Source: Eledone cirrhosa
Lineage: Eukaryota
DNA: 64,000 bases
Assembly (NCBI GenBank): GCA_964016885.1
Contig: OZ024745.1
Coordinates: 5,890,001 to 5,954,000, forward strand
Direction of reading: 5' to 3'
Shown: positions 48,701 to 59,129 of the stretch, piece after piece
Layout: every line of letters begins with the position of its first letter
How positions within the stretch are numbered: position 1 is the stretch's first letter
Notes under the pieces: model-generated
The model's database searches: none
Told to the model about the DNA's origin: nothing
What the model saw: the letters and a program-made list of their open reading frames with translations, nothing else
Translations under genes and position numbers: made by a program

Positions 48701-51700
48701 CTGGTTTGAGGTGGTGGGTGGTCTAGTGTCGTGGGTTTGTTCCTGGTTTGAGGTGGTGGGTGGCCTAGTGTCGTGGGTTTGATTCCTGTTTTGAGGTGGT
48801 GGATGGTCTAGTGTCGTGGGTTTGATTCCTGGGTTGGGGTGGTGGGTGGTCTAGTGTCGTGGGTTTGATTCCTGGGTTGGGGTGGTGGATGGTCTAGTGT
48901 CGTGGGTTTGATTCCTGGGTTGGGGTGGTGGGTGGTCTAGTGTCGTGGGTTTGATTCCTGGGTTGGGGTGGTGGATGGTCTAGTGTCGTGGGTTTGATTC
49001 CTGGGTTGGGGTGGTGGGTGGTCTAGTGTCGTGGGGTTGATTCCTGGTTTGAGGTGGTGGGTGGTCTAGTGTCGTGGGGTTGATTCCTGGTTTGAGGTGG
49101 TGGGTGGTCTAGTGTCGTGGGTTTGATTCCTATCTTGGGGTGGTGGGTGGTCTAGTGTCGTGGGTTTGATTCCTGGGTTGGGGTGGTGGGTGGTCTAGTG
49201 TCGTGGGTTTGATTCCTGGGTTGGGGTGGTGGGTGGTCTAGTGTCGTGGGTTTGATTCCTGGTTTGAGGTGGTGGGTGATCTAGTGTCGTTGGGTTGATT
49301 CCTGGGTTGGGGTGATAGGTGGTCTAGTGTCGTGGGGTTGATTCCTGGGTTGGGGTGGTGGGTGGTCTAGTGTCGTGGATGGTCTAGTGCCGTGGGGTTG
49401 ATTCATCGGTTGGGGTGGTGGGTGGGCTAGTGTCGTGGGGTTGATTCATGGGTTGGGGTTGTGGGTGGTCTAGTGTCGTGGGGTTTATTCCCGGGTTGGG
49501 GTGGTGGGTGATCTAGTGTCGTGGGTTTGATTCCTGGGTTGAGGTGGTGGGTGGTCTAGTGTCGTGGGTTTGATTCCTGGTTTGAGGTGGTGGGTGGTCT
49601 AGTGTCCTGGGTTTGATTCCTGGTTAGAGGTGGTGGGTGGTCGAGTGTCGTGGGTTTGATTCCTGGTTTGAGGTGGTGGGTGGTCTAGTGTAGTGGGGTT
49701 GATTCCTAGGTTGGGGTGGTGGGTAGTCTAGTGTCGTGGGTTTGATTCCTGGTTTGAGGTGGTGGGTGGTCTAGTGTCGTGGGTTTGATTCCTGGTTTGA
49801 GGTGGTGGGTGGTCTAGTGTCCTGGGTTTGATTCCTGGTTTGAGGTGGTGGGTGGTCTAGTGTAGTGGGGTTGATTCCTAAGTTGGGGTGGTGGGTAGTC
49901 TAGTGTCGTGGGTTTGATTCCTGGTTTGAGGTGGTGGGTGGTCTAGTGTCGTGGGTTTGATTCCTGGTTTGAGGTGGTGGGTGGTCTAGTGTCGTGGGTT
50001 TGATTCCTGGGTTGGGGTGGTGGGTGGTCTAGTGTGGTGTGTGTGATTACTGGGTTGGGGTGGTGGGTGGTCTAGTGTCGTGGAGTTGATTCCTGGTTTG
50101 AGGTGGTGGGTGCTCTAGTGTCGTGGGTTTGATTCCTGGGTTGAGGTGGTCGGTGGTCTAGTGTCGTGGGTTTGATTCCTGGTTTGAGGTGGTGGGTGGG
50201 CTAGTCTCGTGGGGTTGATTCCTGGTTTGAGGTGGTGGGTGGTCTAGTGTCGTGGGTTTGATTCCTGGTTTGAGGTGGTGGGTGGTCTAGTGTGGTGTGT
50301 TTGATTCCTGGTTTGAGGTGGTGGGTGATCTAGTGTCGTGGGTTTGATTCCTGGGTTTGTGTGGTGGGTGGTCTAGTGTCTTGGGTTTGATTCCTGGCTT
50401 GGGCTGGTGGGTGGTCTAGTGTCGTTGGGTTGATTCCTGGGTTGGGGTGGTGGGTGGTCTAGTGTCGTGGTGTTGATTCCTGGTTTGAGGTGGTGGGTGG
50501 TCTAGTGTCTTGGGGTTGATTCCTGGTTTGAGGTGGTGGGTGATCTAGTGTCGTGGGTTTGATTCCTGGCTTGGGGTGGTGGGTGGTCTAGTGTCGTGGG
50601 TTTCATTCCTGGGTTGAGGTGGTGGGTGGTCTAGTGTCGTGGGTGGTCTAGTGTCGTGGGTTTGACTCCTGGGTTGGGGTGGTGGGTAGTCTAGTGTCGT
50701 GGGTTTGATTCCTGGTTTTTGTTGGTGGGTGGTCTAGTGTCGTGGGTTTCATTCCTGGGTTGGGGTGGTGGGTGGTCTAGTGTCGTGGGTTTGATTCCTG
50801 GGTTGGGATGATGGGTAGTCTAGTGTCGTGGGTTTGATTCCTGGTTTTTGTTGGTGGGTGGTCTAGTGTCGTGGGGTTGATTCCTGGTTTGAGGTGGTGG
50901 GTGGTCTAGTGTGGTGGGTTTCATTCCTGGGTTGGGGTGGTGGGTGTTCTAGTGTGGTGGGTTTGATTCCTGGTTTGAGGTGGTGGGTGGTCTAGTGTCG
51001 TGGGTTTGATTCCTGGGTTGGGGTGGTGGGTGGTCTAGTGTCGTGGGTTTGATTCCTGGGTTGGGGTGGTGGGTGGTCTAGTGTGGTGGGTTTGATTCCT
51101 GGTTTGAGGTGGTGGGTGGTCTAGTGTCGTGGGTTTGATTCCTGGGTTGGGGTGGTGGGTGGTCTAGTGTCGTGGGTTTGATTCCTGGGTTGGGGTGGTG
51201 GGTAGTCTAGTGTCGTGGGTTTGATTCCTGGGTTGATGTGGTCGGTGGTCTAGTGTCGTTGGTTTGATTCCTGGTTTGAGGTGGTGGGTGGTCTAGTGTC
51301 GTGGGTTTGATTCCTGGGTTGGGGTGGTGGGTAGTCTAGTGTCGTGGGTTTGATTCCTGGGTTGGGGTGGTGGGTGGTCTAGTGTCGTGGGTTTGATTCC
51401 TGGGTTGACGTGGTGGGTGCTCTAGTGTCGTGGGTTTGATTCCTGGGTTGATGTTGTCGGTGGTCTAGTGTCGTGGGTTTGATTCCTGGTTTGAGGTGGT
51501 GGGTGGTCTAGTGTCGTGTGGTTGATTCCTGGTTTGAGGTGGTGGGTGGTCTAGTGTCGTGGGTTTGATTCCTGGTTTGAGGTGGTGGGTGGTCTAGTGT
51601 CGTGGGTTTGATTCCTGGTTTGAGGTGGTGGGTGATCTAGTATCGTGGGTTTGATTCCTGGGTTGGGGTGGTGGGTGGTCTAGTTTGTGGGTTTGATTCC

Positions 51701-52289
51701 TGGTTTGAGGTGGTGGGTGGTCTAGTGTCGTGGGTTTGATTCGTGGGTTGGGGTGGTGGGTGGTCTAGTGTCGTTGGGTTGATTCCTGGGTTGGGGTGGT
51801 GGGTGGTCTAGTGTCGTGGGGTTGATTCCTGGTTTGAGGTGGTGGGTGGTCTAGTGTCGTGGGGTTGATTCCTGGTTTGAGGTGGTGGGTGATCTAGTGT
51901 CGTGGGTTTGATTCCTGGTTTGAGGTGGTGGGTGGTCTAGTGTCGTGGGTTTGATTCCTAGCTTGGGGTGGTGGGTGGTCTAGTGTCGTGGGTTTGATTC
52001 CTGGGTTGGGGTGGTGGGTGGTCTAGTGTCGTGGGTTTGATTCCTGGGTTAGGGTGGTGGGTTGTCTAGTGTCGTGGGGTTGATTCCTGGGTTGGGGTGG
52101 TGGTTGGTCTAGTGTCGTGGGTTTGATTCCTGGTTTGAGGTGGTGGGTGGTCTATATTCGTGGGTTTGATTCCTGGTTTGAGGTGGTGGATGGTCTAGTG
52201 TCGTGGGTTTGTTCCTGGTTTGAGGTGGTGGATGATCTAGTGTCGTGGGTTTGTTCCTGGTTTGAGGTGGTGGTTGGTCTAGTGTCGTG

Positions 52290-55200
52290 GGTTTGTTCCT
52301 GGTTTGAGGTGGTGGATGGTCTAGTGTCGTGGGTTTGTTCCTGGTTTGAGGTGGTGGGTGGTCTAGTGTCGTGGGTTTGTTCCTGGTTTGAGGTGGTGTG
52401 TGGTCTAGTGTCGTGGGTTTGTTCCTGGTTTGAGGTGGTGGGTGGTCTAGTGTCGTGGGTTTGTTCCTGGTTTGAGGTGGTGGGTGGTCTAGTGTCGTGG
52501 GTTTGATTCATGGTTTGAGGTGGTGGATGGTCTAGTGTCGTGGGTTTGATTCTTGGGTTGGGGTGGTGGGTGGTCTAGTGACGTGGGTTTGATTCCTGGG
52601 TTGGGGTGGTGGATGGTCTAGTGTCGTGGGTTTCATTCATGGTTTGAGGTGGTGGATTGTCTAGTGTCGTGGGTTTGATTCTTGGGTTGGGGTGGTGGGT
52701 GGTCTAGTGTCGTGGGTTTGATTCCTGGGTTGGGGTGGTGGATGGTCTAGTGTTGCGGGTTTGATTCCTGGTTTGAGGTGGTAGGTGGTCTAGTGTCGTG
52801 GGTTTGTTCCTGGTTTGAGGTGGTGGGTGGTCTAGTGTCGTGGGTTTGATTCCTGGTTTGAGGTGGTGGATGGTCTAGTGTCGTGGGTTTGATTCCTGGG
52901 TTGGGGTGGTGGGTGGTCTAGTGTCGTGGGGTTGATTCCTGGTTTGAGGTGTTGGGTGGTCTAGTGTCGTGGGGTTGATTCCTGATTTCAGGTGGTGGGT
53001 GATCTAGTGTCGTGGGTTTGATTCCTGGTTTGAGGTGGTGGGTGATCTAGTGTCGTGGGTTTGATTCCTATCTTGGGGTGGTGGGTGGTCTAGTGTCGTG
53101 GGTTTGTTCCTGGTTTGAGGTGGTGGGTGGCCTAGTGTCGTGGGTTTGATTCCTGTTTTGAGGTGGTGGATGGTCTAGTGTCGTGGGTTTGATTCCTGGG
53201 TTGGGGTGGTGGGTGGTCTAGTGTCGTGGGTTTGATTCCTGGGTTGGGGTGGTGGGTGGTCTAGTGTCGTGGTTTGATTCCTGGGTTGGGGTGGTGGGTG
53301 GTCTAGTGTCGTGGGGTTGATTCCTGGGTTGGGGTGGTGGGTGGTCTAGTGTCGTGGGTTTGATTCCTGGGTTGGGGTGGTGGGTGGTCTAGTGTCGTGG
53401 GTTTGATTCCTGGGTTGGGGTGGTGGGTGGTCTAGTGTCGTGGGTTTGATTCCTGGGTTGGGGTGGTGGGTGGTCTAGTGTCGTGGGTTTGATTCCTGGG
53501 TTGGGGTGGTGGATGGTCTAGTGTCGTGGGTTTGATTCCTGGGTTGGGGTGGTGGGTGGTCTAGTGTCGTGGGTTTGATTCATGGGTTGGGGTGGTGGGT
53601 GGTCTAGTGTCGTGGGTTTGATTCCTGGGTTGGGGTGGTGGGTGGTCTAGTGTCGTGGGTTTGATCCTGGGTTGGGGTGGTGGGTGGTATAGTGTGGTGG
53701 GTTTGATTCCTGGTTTGAGGTGGTGGGTGGTCTAGTGTCGTGGGTTTGATTCCTGGGTTGGGGTGGTGGGTGGTCTAGTGCCGTTGGGTTGATTCCTGGG
53801 TTGGGGTGATAGGTGGTCTAGTGTCGTGGGGTTGATTCCTGGGTTGGGGTGGTGGGTGGTCTAGTGTCGTGGATGGTCTAGTGTCGTGGGGTTGATTCAT
53901 CGGTTGGGGTGGTGGGTGGTCTAGTGTCGTGGGGTTGATTCATGGGTTGGGGTTGTGGGTGGTCTAGTGTCGTGGGGTTGATTCCCGGGTTGGGGTGGTG
54001 GGTGATCTAGTGTCGTGGGTTTGATTCCTGGGTTGAGGTGGTGGGTGGTCTAGTGTCGTGGGTTTGATTCCTGGTTTGAGGTGGTGGGTGGTCTAGTGTC
54101 CTGGGTTTGATTCCTGGGTTGGTGTGGTGGGTGGTCTAGTGTCGTGGGTTTGATTCCTGGTTTGAGGTGGTGGGTGGTCTAGTGTCCTGGGTTTGATTCC
54201 TGGTTTGAGGTGGTGGGTGGTCTAGTGTCGTGGGTTTGATTCCTGGTTTGAGGTGGTGGGTGGTCTAGTGTAGTGGGGTTGATTCCTAGGTTGGGGTGGT
54301 GGGTAGTCTAGTGTCGTGGGTTTGATTCCTGGTTTGAGGTGGTGGGTGGTCTACTGTCGTGGGTTTGATTCCTGGTTTGAGGTGGTGGGTGGTCTAGTGT
54401 TGTGGGTGGTCTAGTGTCGTAGAGTTGATTCCTGGGTTGGGGTGGTGGGTGGTCTAGTGTCGTGGGGTTGATTCCTGGTTTGAGGTGGTGGGTGGTCTAG
54501 TGTCCTGGGTTTGATTCCTGGTTTGAGGTGGTGGGTGGTCTAGTGTCGTGGGTTTGTTCCTGGTTTGAGGTGGTGGATGGTCTAGTGTCGTGGGTTTGTT
54601 CCTGGTTTGAGGTGGTGGGTGGTCTAGTGTCGTGGGTTTGTTCCTGGTTTGAGGTGGTGTGTGGTCTAGTGTCGTGGGTTTGTTCCTGGTTTGAGGTGGT
54701 GGGTGGTCTAGTGTCGTGGGTTTGTTCCTGGTTTGAGGTGGTGGGTGGTCTAGTGTCGTGGGTTTGATTCATGGTTTGAGGTGGTGGATGGTCTAGTGTC
54801 GTGGGTTTGATTCTTGGGTTGGGGTGGTGGGTGGTCTAGTGACGTGGGTTTGATTCCTGGGTTGGGGTGGTGGATGGTCTAGTGTCGTGGGTTTCATTCA
54901 TGGTTTGAGGTGGTGGATTGTCTAGTGTCGTGGGTTTGATTCTTGGGTTGGGGTGGTGGGTGGTCTAGTGTCGTGGGTTTGATTCCTGGGTTGGGGTGGT
55001 GGATGGTCTAGTGTTGCGGGTTTGATTCCTGGTTTGAGGTGGTAGGAGGTCTAGTGTCGTGGGTTTGTTCCTGGTTTGAGGTGGTGGGTGGTCTAGTGTC
55101 GTGGGTTTGATTCCTGGTTTGAGGTGGTGGATGGTCTAGTGTCGTGGGTTTGATTCCTGGGTTGGGGTGGTGGGTGGTCTAGTGTCGTGGGGTTGATTCC

Positions 55201-56880
55201 TGGTTTGAGGTGTTGGGTGGTCTAGTGTCGTGGGGTTGATTCCTGATTTCAGGTGGTGGGTGATCTAGTGTCGTGGGTTTGATTCCTGGTTTGAGGTGGT
55301 GGGTGATCTAGTGTCGTGGGTTTGATTCCTATCTTGGGGTGGTGGGTGGTCTAGTGTCGTGGGTTTGTTCCTGGTTTGAGGTGGTGGGTGGCCTAGTGTC
55401 GTGGGTTTGATTCCTGTTTTGAGGTGGTGGATGGTCTAGTGTCGTGGGTTTGATTCCTGGGTTGGGGTGGTGGGTGGTCTAGTGTCGTGGGTTTGATTCC
55501 TGGGTTGGGGTGGTGGGTGGTCTAGTGTCGTGGTTTGATTCCTGGGTTGGGGTGGTGGGTGGTCTAGTGTCGTGGGGTTGATTCCTGGGTTGGGGTGGTG
55601 GGTGGTCTAGTGTCGTGGGTTTGATTCCTGGGTTGGGGTGGTGGGTGGTCTAGTGTCGTGGGTTTGATTCCTGGGTTGGGGTGGTGGGTGGTCTAGTGTC
55701 GTGGGTTTGATTCCTGGGTTGGGGTGGTGGGTGGTCTAGTGTCGTGGGTTTGATTCCTGGGTTGGGGTGGTGGATGGTCTAGTGTCGTGGGTTTGATTCC
55801 TGGGTTGGGGTGGTGGGTGGTCTAGTGTCGTGGGGTTGATTCCTGGTTTGAGGTGGTGGGTGGTCTAGTGTCGTGGGGTTGATTCCTGGTTTGATGTGGT
55901 GGGTGATCTAGTGTCGTGGGTTTGATTCCTATCTTGGGGTGGTGGGTGGTCTAGTGTCGTGGGTTTGATTCATGGGTTGGGGTGGTGGGTGGTCTAGTGT
56001 CGTGGGTTTGATCCTGGGTTGGGGTGGTGGGTGGTATAGTGTGGTGGGTTTGATTCCTGGTTTGAGGTGGTGGGTGGTCTAGTGTCGTGGGTTTGATTCC
56101 TGGGTTGGGGTGGTGGGTGGTCTAGTGCCGTTGGGTTGATTCCTGGGTTGGGGTGATAGGTGGTCTAGTGTCGTGGGGTTGATTCCTGGGTTGGGGTGGT
56201 GGGTGTTCTAGTGTCGTGGATGGTCTAGTGTCGTGGGGTTGATTCATCGGTTGGGGTGGTGGGTGGTCTAGTGTCGTGGGGTTGATTCATGGGTTGGGGT
56301 TGTGGGTGGTCTAGTGTCGTGGGGTTGATTCCCGGGTTGGGGTGGTGGGTGATCTAGTGTCGTGGGTTTGATTCCTGGGTTGAGGTGGTGGGTGGTCTAG
56401 TGTCGTGGGTTTGATTCCTGGTTTGAGGTGGTGGGTGGTCTAGTGTCCTGGGTTTGATTCCTGGGTTGGTGTGGTGGGTGGTCTAGTGTCGTGGGTTTGA
56501 TTCCTGGTTTGAGGTGGTGGGTGGTCTAGTGTCCTGGGTTTGATTCCTGGTTTGAGGTGGTGGGTGGTCTAGTGTCGTGGGTTTGATTCCTGGTTTGAGG
56601 TGGTGGGTGGTCTAGTGTAGTGGGGTTGATTCCTAGGTTGGGGTGGTGGGTAGTCTAGTGTCGTGGGTTTGATTCCTGGTTTGAGGTGGTGGGTGGTCTA
56701 GTGTCGTGGGTTTGATTCCTGGTTTGAGGTGGTGGGTGGTCTAGTGTTGTGGGTGGTCTAGTGTCGTAGAGTTGATTCCTGGGTTGGGGTGGTGGGTGGT
56801 CTAGTGTCGTGGGGTTGATTCCTGGTTTGAGGTGGTGGGTGGTCTAGTGTCCTGGGTTTGATTCCTGGTTTGAGGTGGTG
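52290..56880 (+). repeat. Tandem duplication with a ~2.26-2.35-kb unit
   Basis: ORF ends 52506/54767 are offset by 2261. Markers ggtgatagg 53805/56152 and agagttg 54421/56768 are offset by 2347 (two extra monomers). Confidence 0.85.
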
Positions 56881-58290
56881 GGTGGTCTAGTGTCCTGGGT
56901 TTGATTCCTGGTTTGAGGTGGTGGGTGGTCTAGTGTCGTGGGTTTGATTCCTGGGTTGGGGTGGTGGGTGGTCTAGTGTCCTGGGTTTGATTCCTGGTTT
57001 GAGGTGGTGGGTGGTCTAGTGTCCTGGGTTTGATTCCTGGTTTGAGGTGGTGGGTGGTCTAGTGTCCTGGGTTTGATTCCTGGTTTGAGGTGGTGGATGG
57101 TCTAGTGTCGTGGGTTTGATTCCTGGGTTGGGGTGGTGGGTGGTCTAGTGTCCTGGGTTTGATTCCTGGTTTGAGGTGGTGGGTGGCTAGTGTAGTGGGG
57201 TTGATTCCTGGTTTGAGGTGGTGGGTGGTCTAGTGTCCTGGGTTTGATTCCTGGTTTGAGGTGGTGGGTGGTCTAGTGTAGTGGGGTTGATTCCTGGTTT
57301 GAGGTGGTGGGTGGTCTAGTGTCCTGGGTTTGATTCCTGGTTTGAGGTGGTGGGTGGTCTAGTGTAGTGGAGTTGATTCCTGGTTTGAGGTGGTGGGTGG
57401 TCTAGTGTCCTGGGTTTGATTCCTGGTTTGAGGTGGTGGGTGGTCTAGTGTCCTGGGTTTGATTCCTGGTTTGAGGTGGTGGGTGGTCTAGTGTAGTGGG
57501 GTTGATTCCTGGTTTGAGGTGGTGGGTGGTCTAGTGTCCTGGGTTTGATTCCTGGTTTGAGGTGGTGGGTGGTCTAGTGTCGTGGGTTTGATTCCTGGGT
57601 TGGGGTGGTGGGTGGTCTAGTGTCCTGGGTTTGATTCCTGGTTTGAGGTGGTGGGTGGTCTAGTGTATTGGGGTTGATTCCTGGTTTGAGGTGGTGGGTG
57701 GTCTAGTGTCCTGGGTTTGATTCCTGGTTTGAGGTGGTGGGTGGTCTAGTGTAGTGGGGTTGATTCCTGGTTTGAGGTGGTGGGTGGTCTAGTGTCCTGG
57801 GTTTGATTCCTGGTTTGAGGTGGTGGGTGGTCTAGTGTCCTGGGTTTGATTCCTGGTTTGAGGTGGTGGGTGGTCTAGTGTAGTGGGGTTGATTCCTGGT
57901 TTGAGGTGGTGGGTGGTCTAGTGTCCTGGGTTTGATTCCTGGTTTGAGGTGGTGGGTGGTCTAGTGTAGTGGGGTTGATTCCTGGTTTGAGGTGGTGGGT
58001 GGTCTAGTGTAGTGGGGTTGATTCCTGGTTTGAGGTGGTGGGTGGTCTAGTGTCCTGGGTTTGATTCCTGGTTTGAGGTGTTGGGTGGTCTAGTGTAGTG
58101 GGGTTGATTCCTGGTTTGAGGTGGTGGGTGGTCTAGTGTCCTGGGTTTGATTCCTGGTTTGAGGTGGTGGGTGGTCTAGTGTCCTGGGTTTGATTCCTGG
58201 TTTGAGGTGGTGGGTGGTCTAGTGTAGTGGGGTTGATTCCTAGTTTGAGGTGGTGGGTGGTCTAGTGTCCTGGGTTTGATTCCTGGTTTG
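56840..58290 (+). repeat. Homogeneous block of two CpG-less 43-bp variants (gtgtcctgggtttg and gtgtagtggggttg)
   Basis: Nearly all monomers carry tcctggg or tagtgggg in place of tcgtggg; only about three retain the CpG. Confidence 0.9.
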
Positions 58291-59129
58291 AGGTGGTGGA
58301 TGGTCTAGTGTCGTGGGGTTGATTCCTGGGTTGAGGTGGTGGGTGGTCTAGTGTCGTGGGTTTGATTCCTGGTTTGAGGTGGTGGGTGGTCTAGTGTCGT
58401 GGGTTTGATTCCTGGGTTGGTGTGGTGGGTGGTCTAGTGTTGTGGGTTTCATTACCGGTTTGGGGTGGTGGGTGGCCTAGTGTCGTGGGTTTGATTCCTG
58501 GGTTGGTGTGGTGGGTGGTCTAGTGTTGTGGGTTTCATTACCGGTTTGGGGTGGTGGGTGGTCTAGTGTCGTGGGTTTGATTCCTGGTTTGATGTGCTGG
58601 GTGGTCTAGTGTCGTGGGTTTGATTCCTGGGTTGGGGTGGTGGGTAGTCTAGTGTCGTGGGTTTGATTCCTGGGTTGGGGTGGTGGGTAGTCTAGTGTCG
58701 TGGGTTTGATTACTGGGTTGGGGTGGTGGGTGGTCTAGTGTCTTGGTTTTGATTCCTGGTTTGAGGTGGTGGGTGGTCTAGTGTCGTGGGTCGTCTAGTG
58801 TCGTGGGTTTGATTCCTGGGTTGGGGTGGTGGGTGGTCTAGTGACGTGGGTTTGATATTTGGGTTGGGGTGGTGGGTGGTCTAGTGTCGTGGGTTTGATT
58901 CCTGGGTTGAGGTGGTGGGTGGTCTAGTGTCGTGGGTCGTCTAGTGTCGTGGGTTTGATTCCTGGGTTGGGGTGGTGGGTGGTCTAGTGACGTGGGTTTG
59001 ATATTTGGGTTGGGGTGGTGGGTGGTCTAGTGTCGTGAGTTTGATTCCTGGGTTGGGGTGGTGGGTGGTCTAGTGTCGTTGGTTTAATTCCTGGTTTGAG
59101 GTGGTGGGTGGTCTAGTGTCGTGGGTTTG

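Noticed and set aside
56840-58290. Variant order as an information-bearing code or programmed diversification cassette
   Set aside because: The pattern is adequately explained by local duplication of 2-3-monomer units; no recombinase, reverse transcriptase or expression site is present.
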